NCBI GenBank assembly: GCA_035606845.1
Contig: DATNEA010000082.1
Coordinates: 65,142 to 129,141, forward strand
Direction of reading: 5' to 3'
From: Candidatus Angelobacter sp.
GTDB taxonomy: Bacteria > Verrucomicrobiota > Verrucomicrobiia > Limisphaerales > DASXHY01
Length of the DNA: 64,000 nt
Of this stretch, positions 1 to 8,903 are shown piece after piece; the first letter of the stretch is position 1; the number at the start of each line of letters is the position of its first letter. Position numbers and translations under genes: made by a program. The notes under the pieces were generated by a model that made no database searches, had not been told where the DNA came from, and saw only the letters and a list, made by a program, of their open reading frames with translations.

Positions 1-177
1 CAGATAAGGCAGGCGGAACTCCGGCACGTACAAGGTGCAATTTTCGATTTTGGAGAGATTGCTGCGGGAAATATCCCAGCCCGCGAGCTGCAAGCGGCTG
101 GACAACTCCTCCTGCGTCCAGCCGCGCTCCTGGCGCAGCCGCGTGACTTGATCCGCAATCAAATTCACCATCTTCAT
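1..177 (-). CDS. XRE-family helix-turn-helix transcriptional regulator, N-terminal part only (the gene runs off the left edge)
   Basis: The reverse complement from ATG at 175-177 reads MKMVNLIADQVTRLRQERGWTQEELSSRLQLAGWDISRSNLSKIENCTLYVPEF... This is the classic HTH_3 pattern (R-x-x-x-G-W-T-Q-E-x-L-S ... IS-x-x-E). It is absent from the ORF track because it is truncated. Confidence 0.7.
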   Translation of the reverse strand, partial: MKMVNLIADQVTRLRQERGWTQEELSSRLQLAGWDISRSNLSKIENCTLYVPEFRLPYL

Positions 178-1134
178 TCAACTCACTAAGATACCGTGCC
201 GCTGGGCAAAAGCGTTAATGCGTACTGGGCTTGTAGGCCCAAGTTCTCGCGTTGTAATGAGCGAGTACCGATTTTTGCACCTCCTGTTGCCTCCTTGAAA
301 TGATTCTGTGCTGTCGGCTTTCATCAGTCGCAAATTAACCCGTGCGGCCAAAAAGCTTGTCCAGATACCTGGACAACATTTTTCACGTCCGATCTTCGTT
401 CTTCCGGCGCGCGTTCTTGATTTGTCTGCATTGGACTTCTTTCAACTCTGCAATTGGGGCTATCAAAACAGTTTTTTGGGCCTCATCTTGTGATGCTTTT
501 ATCACAACTTCCTGTCCGAACTTTAGCCAAAATCTGTGAGACAGGTTGTGCGCTTACCGCACAAATGTGGCGTACGACCCGACAAAGTTTTTAACGAGTT
601 TCCGGATTCTCTCATTTCATTTGCTCCAACTTTGCCCGACGACCCGGCATCGTGCTGTAATGGTTTCGTTACAATTCATTTCCATTGCCCGGCAGCTTGC
701 CAAAACAGGCGCAAACAGTTGTGCTGTTACGCAGCAATTTGGCATAAACCGAAGGCGGTTTGGTGTAGGAGCTACACCACTGATGAAAATAACGAAAGGA
801 AGGCAGAAGCGGATTTCCCGATTGCTCGGGGTCGTCAAAGGGGCGAGCAATCGGGGTGCGCCCGTCCGGCGCGAGAGGACAGAAGCCCACCGATAAGGAC
901 AAGACTGGCCCAATGCAAGACGCGCTGCCAAAGCTCGCGACGCGGTTACGATGCAAACCGGAACACATCTCTAAAAGCCAAACAGAAGAACGAAACGCGG
1001 AGCCGGTTAGAACACCTAAGCGGAGCAACCACTTATCATCGAGACGAACATTCCGAATCCCAGATTAGGAATCCGTCCGTCGTCGTGTTCATCTTACGAC
1101 CAAATGCAACGGCTGGACGGTGTTCCAAACTGAT

Positions 1135-1470
1135 CTATTTTTTCTTCACTTTCCGGCGTAACTCTGGGTAAGCGACAACCCCTGAAACTATGAGCAGCAG
1201 CGGAGCGATTATCTCTCCCGAACGAAAGCATAACGCAGAAAAGAATACCAATAGCACTCCTGACGAGATCAAAAGAAAATTTACAAATTTAACCAAACCA
1301 GGAATGAAGGCCATAGCGAGCAGAAAAAGATAGAGCGAAGGCGTATAAGCAATCATCTGACTAGATTGATTGACACCAACTGCCCCGTCTCCCGCTCTGC
1401 CGAGGACCAAAAGAAAGGTGACAAACGCCGCCCATGAAATTGCACCGATAAAATATAATATTCCAAGCAT
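1135..1470 (-). CDS. small integral membrane protein (3-4 predicted TM helices), function unknown
   Basis: 111-aa ORF that is almost entirely hydrophobic segments (ILYFIGAISWAAFVTFLLVL, LYLFLLAMAFIPGLV, LLISSGVLLVFFSAL, IIAPLLLIVSGVV) with a basic C-tail. It is co-directional with, and 14 nt downstream of, the 1485-2531 gene. Confidence 0.55.
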   Translation of the reverse strand: MLGILYFIGAISWAAFVTFLLVLGRAGDGAVGVNQSSQMIAYTPSLYLFLLAMAFIPGLVKFVNFLLISSGVLLVFFSALCFRSGEIIAPLLLIVSGVVAYPELRRKVKKK

Positions 1471-1484
1471 GAGTGCCGCACCAT

Positions 1485-2531
1485 TCAGGGTTGCAAGTTG
1501 CGTGATCCTGCCGGATTCACGGTGGACTGAAATTCGATTGCACTTTTGTCCTGATAGTCGGGATGGATTGTCATTTGAATTGTTCCATAAAGGCTTCCGG
1601 TCCGGGACTTCACGTAAAATGCTTTCTTCAGAAGGTCAATCCAAGCGGGGTCCGTAGGGTCCATTTCAATCTTAACTGATGGCGCATACCCGTTTTCAGG
1701 GGCTTCATATCGAAACTCATCTGTTGCTTCGACCAAGCCACCGCTCGGAGCAATAATTTGGATTGACCAGGGATACCTTTCGTGAGGATGAATATCATGA
1801 GGGCGGGTAATCTGAATCTGAATGTCCCCATCCGCACTTCCCTCAGTCTTTTTCCCCGTCATAAGGTCAATTGAATAGGTGCGACCATCAGGTTCAAACC
1901 CGAAGAAGTGACCTTCGCTGACGAGGGGTTCGGTAGTTCCCTTTTTCCACATTTTTATAATCACCGGACCTTCGGGACTTCCACTGCTGACACCAAACTC
2001 ACGCGGAGCTTTAGGAGACAACTTGTAGCCCTCCTTTACGATGGATTCGACATCGAACCCGTCGCCATCAACGTCTTGTACTTCAAATCGACCATCTGTC
2101 CCCGTTTGTTTTTCAATAGGAATCATTCTGGCTCCAAAGGTCTTTGTTTCCGGAGCGGCGGTGTACCACTGGCGCACCTTTACCTGAACGTTTACTCCTG
2201 GTATCGGGATTCCGTTCTGATCGACTACTTTTCCGTAGAAGTGAATTGGAGAATTTTTGCCTTCCACCGCTTGGCGAAATATTTCTTCTCGATTTTGCGC
2301 ACTGGCGCTCCCTTTGGGGCCAGAATTTATGACCGACGGAACTGGTGGATTGTTAGGGGTGACAGGGGGGAGACTCTGGCCTGCCATTCGAGGAATGTCG
2401 CGATTCGTGGCAGCAGGCTCTCGGACTTGCTGTTCAGAATGTGTCCGTGAATGACGTTGGTACAAAAGTAAAGCCAAGAAAAGAACGGCAGCCAATGTAA
2501 CCGGTATAATTACACGAGGCCTTATTCTCAT
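1485..2531 (-). CDS. secreted or membrane-anchored protein with a carboxypeptidase-regulatory-like beta-sandwich segment
   Basis: 348-aa ORF with an N-terminal signal anchor (VIIPVTLAAVLFLALLLY), a Pro-rich linker, then FYGKVVDQNGIPIPGVNVQVKV, which is typical of CarboxypepD_reg-like domains. Its start overlaps the stop of the upstream gene by 4 nt (2528-2531). Confidence 0.7.
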   Translation of the reverse strand: MRIRPRVIIPVTLAAVLFLALLLYQRHSRTHSEQQVREPAATNRDIPRMAGQSLPPVTPNNPPVPSVINSGPKGSASAQNREEIFRQAVEGKNSPIHFYGKVVDQNGIPIPGVNVQVKVRQWYTAAPETKTFGARMIPIEKQTGTDGRFEVQDVDGDGFDVESIVKEGYKLSPKAPREFGVSSGSPEGPVIIKMWKKGTTEPLVSEGHFFGFEPDGRTYSIDLMTGKKTEGSADGDIQIQITRPHDIHPHERYPWSIQIIAPSGGLVEATDEFRYEAPENGYAPSVKIEMDPTDPAWIDLLKKAFYVKSRTGSLYGTIQMTIHPDYQDKSAIEFQSTVNPAGSRNLQP

Positions 2532-5500
2532 TGTAAACCCTTGAGGCTCATCTTTATTAACGCTTCATCCCAGAACTGCCAACGTGCCATATTGTTCGAA
2601 CGAAATTGCCCACTGTGATACTTATGCTGGGTACTAAAATCATAAGGATCGCTGGCTAAGTCCACTTGCTGGCTCGTTGCAAACACGCCGCCCACATCCG
2701 GCTGCGCTCCAAGCGCAAAACACCGCGCCTCGTCGCAAAAAGCGAAAATTTGATAAGTATCCTGCGGAAAAAATAAAGCCGTGTTCAAATCGTCGCCGAG
2801 GAATTGGTTAGTGTTCGAGTCATAGCCAAATCCGAGTCCCGTGTCAGGCTTTAGGTCTTGGTCAGTCTGCCACGCATTCAAGGCGTAATCGTTAGTATTA
2901 AAGAAATTCACATACGTTTCTGCGCCCATGGCACCGTCGAAATAGCATGGCGCGCCATTGGTCCAGTATTCTGCGTAGCGATTGGGAGTTTGACTATCCA
3001 GTAAGAAGGGAATCGTTCGTTGCGTGGCGTTGGGATCGTAACAATGCGAAGGGATGGCCGCTTCCATCGCAATATAGGTGCGAACAAGAGGCGTGTTCGT
3101 TCGTAGAGCTTCTCCAGCAACGACGTTGCCCATGCTATGCGCCATGAGATGTACATTGCCGGCGTATTCAGTGTCCAATTGCATCAGTAATTTTCGCAGA
3201 GGCGTGGCTGAACGCCAAGCGGCCCACTCGCTCTCATCATAGTTGTCGGGATCAATCGCCTGAGATGAGAATTCTCCGAGGGGAAAACTGTACAAGGTCG
3301 GCCATCGGAAAAAACCGAATCGCCCCTGATATCCCTGCCAGTAGAGACGCTTGAAGGCTGTCTCCGCAAATCTGTCCTTTTCCCAGCGTTGCATGTTCCA
3401 TCCATGAACAAGTAGGATGTAAGGTGTGTTGGTTGAAGTCGGCAGGTCATATTGAAATGGGGAAACCCCTTGCGGCAAGTCTTCAACAGCGTTGGTTGCA
3501 GTTTCGAATGGGGGATAATTCCAAGCGTCTCCCACCGTCCAACGCTCATACATTTCTTTGACGTCCTTAAGTTGAATCCACGCGGAGGTTTCTCCAACCA
3601 CATTTGTCCCGTCCTTGATTTGCAAAACCAATTCGCCTTTGCCGCGCGATGCGCCGCACCAGATGAATTTCTCGGCACCCGTTCCGGATGGCAGAAGCAA
3701 ATTGAAATAGTCGTTTAATCGAATTGGCGAATTTGGGGTGAGCCGCCCGAGACTTTTCGCGCTGGGTGAAGTAATCTGCTCATCCGCGACCGTTGTGTTG
3801 GTCAGATAAGCAGTTCCGCCGTCGGATTCAGCAGCCAAATAGAGATTGATGGCCGGGCCATCGTCAGTGTCATTGTTCTGTATGCTCAGTTCAAAAGTTA
3901 GATTGGGATGGGCTTCGTAAAGCGCCTTTATGCCCGGCATCCAAAGGCGGGTATAATCCTCCAGGTCGCGTTTGCAGGGAATGGCATACGCGCCGCTTGA
4001 CCACTGATAATCGCAATCTGGAGTGTTTCCGCCGACCGTTCCAGGGCTTCCGGCAATTTGCAAATCATCCTCCTCCGAATCACAGTTGCCACCAATGATG
4101 GGCGTGCAATCCACATCGTGCAATCTGTCATAATCATTGTTAACCCAAAACACAAAGGGACTTGCCGCCGACGTATTATCCGGTCCGCCGAAACTCAAGT
4201 CCATTATTCCATCGTGGTTCACATCCAATTGTAATTTGATCACGTTCACAACACCAGTGCCGCTTGTGCTCTCACCCCAATTCGGCATTGTCACCAACGC
4301 GGCAGGACCGACATTGGTCGCTAGGAAAGTCCCATACGGGGAAATAATTCCGGCGCTATTCGTTGTTTGCATTCCATTCGTATCAATAATGTACGCGCCT
4401 TGGAAGTATTGGCCGAGATATGCGTACACCCCGGGATAGCCGTTGATTAACTGCTCTTTGGAATAACCTGCAATTTGGATCGGTTCGCCAAAACCGGCGA
4501 ACAATAATGGCGTCGTATTCGTGACCGAGAAGGCAGCATTTCCGGGAATTAAATTTAAGGGTTGTTGATTTCCAAACATGCTCGGTTCAGAAAAATAATA
4601 GTCCACATTCGTCAATCCCGGCAATGCGGCCTTCGGATAAGCGAAACCGCCCACTGCCGGGATGTTGCCGCCCGGGTTTAGAAGCGTAAAGCCGTTATTA
4701 TTGGTGGCGAATAAGGCAGCATCATAAGGCAAACCGAAATAGTTCACCGTATTGTTGGTCATGTAGTACGTGCCGGAAACCGACGTGACGTTGATGGCGT
4801 CGAGATCGGATTTTGTATCGAGCGGGAAAAAATAAGTATATTGAGCATCGCTTCCGGCATCCAAAATGGCTGGAATTGAACCGGGAGTTGTCGGCGTTTG
4901 AAATTCATATGTAACGGGGTACTGCAAAAAAGGAGCCGCAATGGACAGATTGGGATTGTAAGGAGAATAATCCGTAGATTCCGAACCACCGTTCGCGCCG
5001 GTCGTCAATTCGCCGTTGGAATCGAGGTCAGATTGAGTAAAAACGAAATTGTGGAAAAGATAATTTTCCTCGAAGGGGCGGAATGCATCGACCAGACCTT
5101 CGTCACTAAGGCTGGTAGCGTCATACGGTTGATATAAACCAGCGTAAACATAATTCGACGGGTAGCTGAAATGCGTCGAAGAGGTGCTGTTGGAAGGATA
5201 GGCCAAATAATTGAATGGGGCCAACGTCGCGGCCCGCAACAGAAAATCCAGATTTTGCTTCATCTGCTGCCGTCCATCGTAAAAGTAGAAGGGAAATTGC
5301 CCGGAAGAATCTGAAGCACCATTGGGTTGCGCCAAAGGAGTGAATCCCGGGCTTTGCGGAAGCGATGGCCCGAAGCCCAAAGAAATCGGTGCACTTGGGT
5401 TGTTATTCGCGTCCAATGTTTGCAAATACCATTCGTAGCTATTATAGCCGTCCCCATCGATGGGGGAACTCGCGAGCCATGATGGCAACGGGCACACGCC

Positions 5501-6883
5501 GTTCATCACGTTGGAAATCGGAATATCAAGATTGGTATTGAAAGAAAAATCCCAAGTGTCAACTCGCGTAACGCGAATGCCAGTGACTCCGGAGGGTAGC
5601 CCACTGGCTGCCACATAGGTTTGGTTTTGTTGCCCAATAACCATTTGTGCCGATAAAATGGATATGAGCGCGTCATTCGGATCGAATGTTGGTTGTAATG
5701 GCACCTGTGGACTCCAGTCGGAATCCCCGTTCGGATAATGAGCCTGAACTGAATACCTGACAAAAATCTGCTGGCTATTGCCGAAGAAAGGGCCGTCAGG
5801 TGTTGTTGGCACAGTATCCGGGAAACTGGTCGTCCCTGCGGGGAAATCCATATTGGTTGTGGTGAAAGTTTGCAGGGTCCATTTTTGAACCGTATAGCCT
5901 TGAACCGGGCCGGGCGACGGCGACCAACTCACGGTGGCAGCACCAGTGCTGGCGTTGTATTGAACAGCCAAACCTGTGGGCGCAGGCGGAGTGTGCCATG
6001 AGCCGGGAATAAATCCGTTCTGATAGTCCTGCACGTACGTCCAACCGTCGCCCGAAGAGTCCTGCGCGTACGGGGCCACACTGTTTGTGCCAAAATATTG
6101 CTGTTGCCACCAGTCCGGTATATCGCCGGAAGCGCTGCTCCCACCAAACCGAGCGTCGACAAATAGATTGGCGCGGCCATTCATTATCAAAGAGACTGGC
6201 GAACCATTGGTTCCTTCGACTCCGAGCATGGTTTGCTCAACCGTCCATTCGGACAAGGGCAAAGCGAGGTTGGTCGATGTGAGCACATCGTAAGGAGCAT
6301 CCTGAATAGTATTGTGCAGTATGACAGAAAACTGGTCAGCCGCCGCCAAGCTGTTTGTCGGCACCTCAATCCAAAGACCATTCGTTGGAGGCACAAATGG
6401 CGTATACTGAGCGTAATTTGTAACCGTTCCTGTGGAATTTGTATCACCACCGGTGGGGTCAATCGAATCCGCTGCCATCATGGTTCCACCACTCGTCAAA
6501 AATTTAGCGGAAAACGCATCCTGCGGCTGCGCTAATAGTTCCAGCGCATTAGCCAACGCTTGATCGTTGGTTATCGAAGCATCATCGACTAAAAATGCAC
6601 CCTGATTCAGTGCGTACACAGTCGCGTTGCTGCTAATTAACGACAAGCTTGGCCACGGTGGACCAAGTTTCCCGTCATATTCCAGATAATCAGAAAGTCG
6701 GAAGAAAGTGCCCGCATCTGGAATACTGCCGGGCGCAACCGGTTGCAAAATGCTATCCGTGATTGTTTGCGCATCGGTTGTCTGCGTCTCAGTTTGCGCG
6801 CGCAGCACGGCACCCAGGGCACAGAGGACGAGCAGAATGATTGCGAACGCAATAGTTCCTTTTTTGAGAATAGTGGTTTTCAT
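2528..6883 (-). CDS. giant secreted protein (1451 aa) with an FN3-like segment and a C-terminal DUF900-type alpha/beta hydrolase (lipase/esterase-like)
   Basis: Signal peptide MKTTILKKGTIAFAIILLVLCALGAVLRAQ. FN3-like segment PPAPTGLAVQYNASTGAATVSWSPSPGPVQGYTVQKW. The C-terminus has LLVHGWNM ... GNVHLMAHSMGNVV (GxSxG-type nucleophile elbow HSMGN), as in the PF05990/DUF900 fold. The long uninterrupted ORF has only short antisense shadow ORFs. Confidence 0.85.
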   Translation of the reverse strand: MKTTILKKGTIAFAIILLVLCALGAVLRAQTETQTTDAQTITDSILQPVAPGSIPDAGTFFRLSDYLEYDGKLGPPWPSLSLISSNATVYALNQGAFLVDDASITNDQALANALELLAQPQDAFSAKFLTSGGTMMAADSIDPTGGDTNSTGTVTNYAQYTPFVPPTNGLWIEVPTNSLAAADQFSVILHNTIQDAPYDVLTSTNLALPLSEWTVEQTMLGVEGTNGSPVSLIMNGRANLFVDARFGGSSASGDIPDWWQQQYFGTNSVAPYAQDSSGDGWTYVQDYQNGFIPGSWHTPPAPTGLAVQYNASTGAATVSWSPSPGPVQGYTVQKWTLQTFTTTNMDFPAGTTSFPDTVPTTPDGPFFGNSQQIFVRYSVQAHYPNGDSDWSPQVPLQPTFDPNDALISILSAQMVIGQQNQTYVAASGLPSGVTGIRVTRVDTWDFSFNTNLDIPISNVMNGVCPLPSWLASSPIDGDGYNSYEWYLQTLDANNNPSAPISLGFGPSLPQSPGFTPLAQPNGASDSSGQFPFYFYDGRQQMKQNLDFLLRAATLAPFNYLAYPSNSTSSTHFSYPSNYVYAGLYQPYDATSLSDEGLVDAFRPFEENYLFHNFVFTQSDLDSNGELTTGANGGSESTDYSPYNPNLSIAAPFLQYPVTYEFQTPTTPGSIPAILDAGSDAQYTYFFPLDTKSDLDAINVTSVSGTYYMTNNTVNYFGLPYDAALFATNNNGFTLLNPGGNIPAVGGFAYPKAALPGLTNVDYYFSEPSMFGNQQPLNLIPGNAAFSVTNTTPLLFAGFGEPIQIAGYSKEQLINGYPGVYAYLGQYFQGAYIIDTNGMQTTNSAGIISPYGTFLATNVGPAALVTMPNWGESTSGTGVVNVIKLQLDVNHDGIMDLSFGGPDNTSAASPFVFWVNNDYDRLHDVDCTPIIGGNCDSEEDDLQIAGSPGTVGGNTPDCDYQWSSGAYAIPCKRDLEDYTRLWMPGIKALYEAHPNLTFELSIQNNDTDDGPAINLYLAAESDGGTAYLTNTTVADEQITSPSAKSLGRLTPNSPIRLNDYFNLLLPSGTGAEKFIWCGASRGKGELVLQIKDGTNVVGETSAWIQLKDVKEMYERWTVGDAWNYPPFETATNAVEDLPQGVSPFQYDLPTSTNTPYILLVHGWNMQRWEKDRFAETAFKRLYWQGYQGRFGFFRWPTLYSFPLGEFSSQAIDPDNYDESEWAAWRSATPLRKLLMQLDTEYAGNVHLMAHSMGNVVAGEALRTNTPLVRTYIAMEAAIPSHCYDPNATQRTIPFLLDSQTPNRYAEYWTNGAPCYFDGAMGAETYVNFFNTNDYALNAWQTDQDLKPDTGLGFGYDSNTNQFLGDDLNTALFFPQDTYQIFAFCDEARCFALGAQPDVGGVFATSQQVDLASDPYDFSTQHKYHSGQFRSNNMARWQFWDEALIKMSLKGLQ

Positions 6884-7009
6884 ATTGCCAAACAGAAATC
6901 CCGTGACTCGTTACCTTGATACTCCAACGGGAATGGAGTTCAAGGAATTAAACATCGAAAACAATTCATTGTTCGCAAAATTTGCGATGATTATCTGTCC
7001 CATAAAAGT

Positions 7010-7348
7010 TCAAGTTACAACAGCGAAACCAGCGGCCTTCAATTCGGCAACGATCTTCGAAGATTTACACGGATGCACCCGGATTCGTTCGCGCCCATTG
7101 TGACTGTCTGCCGCCATCCCACAGCGTCCGCGCAGCCATGCCGAAGCTCGCGAATTCTGCGCTTCAAATAACGAACTGTTGTCATCCGAGATCACGATGA
7201 CATCAGGATTCAGTTCCACGCAAAAATTCCTGTCCATTGGGCCGCATTCCAAGAATTCTTTCCTTTTCGCCAACTTCTCCAGTATCTGACGCTTGGTAAC
7301 AAATTCCGACCGCGTGAGTTCTGCACCCAAATCCTGTTGCCCGTCCAT
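7010..7348 (-). CDS. hypothetical protein (112 aa), divergent from the XRE gene at 7450
   Basis: The track ORF 7010-7540 was trimmed to the internal ATG at 7346-7348 (MDGQQDLGAELTRSEF...), because the upstream part overlaps the divergent XRE gene and reads like non-coding sequence. No domain recognised. Confidence 0.4.
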   Translation of the reverse strand: MDGQQDLGAELTRSEFVTKRQILEKLAKRKEFLECGPMDRNFCVELNPDVIVISDDNSSLFEAQNSRASAWLRGRCGMAADSHNGRERIRVHPCKSSKIVAELKAAGFAVVT

Positions 7349-7449
7349 ATTCACGCGATAGGCATTATTCCCATTTGGGAAAAACGTCAAGAATATATTT
7401 CCCACATGTGGGAAGCTCTGCCCGCCACAATTCAACCGTGGCTGCCTCC

Positions 7450-7653
7450 ATGCAAAAGCAACTTGGTGAATTCCTGCGAAAGAAACGGGGTGACATGAGT
7501 TATCCCGCGTTTGCTCGGAAGGTTGGCATTTCTTCGTCATCGCTTCAACGCATGGAAATGGGAGAACAAAACGTCACGCTCAAAACGCTGGAGCATTTGA
7601 TGAAACGCTTGAAGTGCAACATTAGTGACGTGTTTGGCCCTGAGTTGAAGTAG
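7450..7653 (+). CDS. XRE-family HTH transcriptional regulator (67 aa)
   Basis: MQKQLGEFLRKKRGDMSYPAFARKVGISSSSLQRMEMGEQNVTLKTLEHLMKRLKCNISDVF is the HTH_3 pattern. The start was set at ATG 7450 rather than the ORF-track start 7375. Confidence 0.7.
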   Translation: MQKQLGEFLRKKRGDMSYPAFARKVGISSSSLQRMEMGEQNVTLKTLEHLMKRLKCNISDVFGPELK

Positions 7654-7856
7654 ATTCGCCTCTACACCAATGCCGGTTGACTGTTCCGATTCTTGGTGCG
7701 AGAAGCTTTTTTGTCCTCCATCCGTTTGATCTCCCGCAACCTTGCCGAATACGGCGAGAGTTGCCTCGAATGAAGCCCTGATTAACATTCGAGCGAAATT
7801 CTTAACCTAGTGGTTATCCGGTGTCAACTCTCAAAATGTAGAGGCTCACTCTGTGA

Positions 7857-8147
7857 GTGAACAATCGCGAAATCTTGCGCGTGCTCGGGCGGAACATCCG
7901 CCAAGCCCGTTTGAATGCTGGCTTAACCCAGGAATGCCTCGCCGAATTGGCTGGTATTCACGTACAAACCATCGGTGCGATTGAACACGGCGGATTTCCG
8001 TTCGCCGTAACGACGTTTGCACGGCTCTCGCAGTTTCTTGAAATCAGTCCCAACCGATTGTTGGACGGATTGAAACGTCCCGATCCAGAGAGAACGGCCC
8101 GTATCAAGAAGGCGCTCGCTCGCAAACGCAGGCCACGCAAGCCATAA
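7857..8147 (+). CDS. XRE-family HTH transcriptional regulator (96 aa, GTG start) with a basic C-tail
   Basis: LGRNIRQARLNAGLTQECLAELAGIHVQTIGAIEHGGFPFAVTTFARLSQFLEISPNRLL is the canonical HTH_3 pattern. The tail is KKALARKRRPRKP. Confidence 0.75.
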   Translation: MNNREILRVLGRNIRQARLNAGLTQECLAELAGIHVQTIGAIEHGGFPFAVTTFARLSQFLEISPNRLLDGLKRPDPERTARIKKALARKRRPRKP

Positions 8148-8330
8148 CTAGAGCGTTATCTTGACGGTGCTCGTTTCACCGGGCTTGGCTCTTGTGGATT
8201 ACGCAGTGATTTCATAGCCGTTTGGCTATGAAATGGATTGTGTCGCATAAGATATATTTTGGCCTGCACAACTGCGCGGCAAATTGGCCGAATGGCCCTC
8301 GCCCGAATGGGCAAAATTTTTTGGGCTTCG

Positions 8331-8391
8331 GTCTGGACTGGCGGCGCGGGGGAAGTGAAGCACAGCGGAACGCCGCGCCGCCAGTCCAGAC
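8331..8391. repeat. perfect 19-bp GC-rich inverted repeat with a 23-nt spacer
   Basis: gtctggactggcggcgcgg (8331-8349) is the exact reverse complement of ccgcgccgccagtccagac (8373-8391). It lies in a 390-bp gene-free gap between convergent genes of the mobilization region. Confidence 0.9.
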
Positions 8392-8540
8392 GGAAGCTAC
8401 CGGGTGCCGCGACGAGCGCGGGTTTTGGCGACTGGAACGGACGAGGCGCAAGGGTGGGGGGGACGCCTTCAGTCCGTGGAACGAGCCAAAACTTGCGTTG
8501 GTCGCGGCGGGGAAAACCTTGGCAGCGACTTGCTGCCGCT

Positions 8541-8903
8541 TCACAGGGCAAATTTGCCGATCAAAATTCCGACTGCGAATGTCAGGACAACAAATAGGAA
8601 ACTGGAAATGGCGTCCCTCACCGCACAGGCTTTGCTGGTATCGTCCCGATGCCTCAGACCGCTGATGACATCATCTACCTTGGATTTAAAAAGCCGAACG
8701 CTTTCATTCTGCTTCTCCACCATCTGCCGAAATTGCAGCAAGCCCACTGTGTCCCGCTGGCGAATGCCGTCCCAATGGTCTTGATGAATCCGAAACAATT
8801 CCAACAGAAGCATGATCGGATCGCTTTCCCGGATGGCAAACCGCTTGCGCCAACTTTCAATTGCGGCTTCAAATTCCGCATCAAAATCACGAGGCGTTTG
8901 CAC
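8541..8903 (-). CDS. hypothetical protein with a C-terminal TM anchor, last gene of the ParA operon
   Basis: 120-aa ORF. Its start overlaps the ParA stop by 17 nt. The C-terminus SSFLFVVLTFAVGILIGKFAL is a TM helix. A short hairpin (ggcagc-gactt-gctgcc, about 8521-8537) follows the stop. Confidence 0.55.
   Translation of the reverse strand: MQTPRDFDAEFEAAIESWRKRFAIRESDPIMLLLELFRIHQDHWDGIRQRDTVGLLQFRQMVEKQNESVRLFKSKVDDVISGLRHRDDTSKACAVRDAISSFLFVVLTFAVGILIGKFAL

Noticed and set aside
300-570. A minus-strand reading ...FGQEVVIKASQDEAQKTVLIAPIAELKE that faintly resembles a Phd/YefM-type antitoxin core.
   Set aside because: There is no in-frame ATG, a stop lies immediately upstream, no partner toxin ORF is present, and the similarity is too short and weak to support a call without a database search.
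641-650. gacccggcat, a near match to the gacccggccat core of repeat copies A and B, considered as a possible fourth att-like copy at the left side of the window.
   Set aside because: One base is missing and neither trailer block (tgcag..., ttcagtgaaag...) follows at the expected offset. This is most likely a chance match.
536-1171. A 211-aa plus-strand ORF, and overlapping 104-119-aa ORFs on both strands, in the 178-1134 region.
   Set aside because: The translations are Cys/Arg/Pro-rich and low in plausibility, with no motif and no start context. They overlap one another in several frames. The region is treated as non-coding or structured instead.
8156-8784. Several 110-147-aa ORFs on both strands in the GC-rich gap containing the 19-bp inverted repeat.
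   Set aside because: They overlap one another in multiple frames, are Arg/Gly/Pro-rich as expected from GC-rich non-coding DNA, and run across the perfect inverted repeat.
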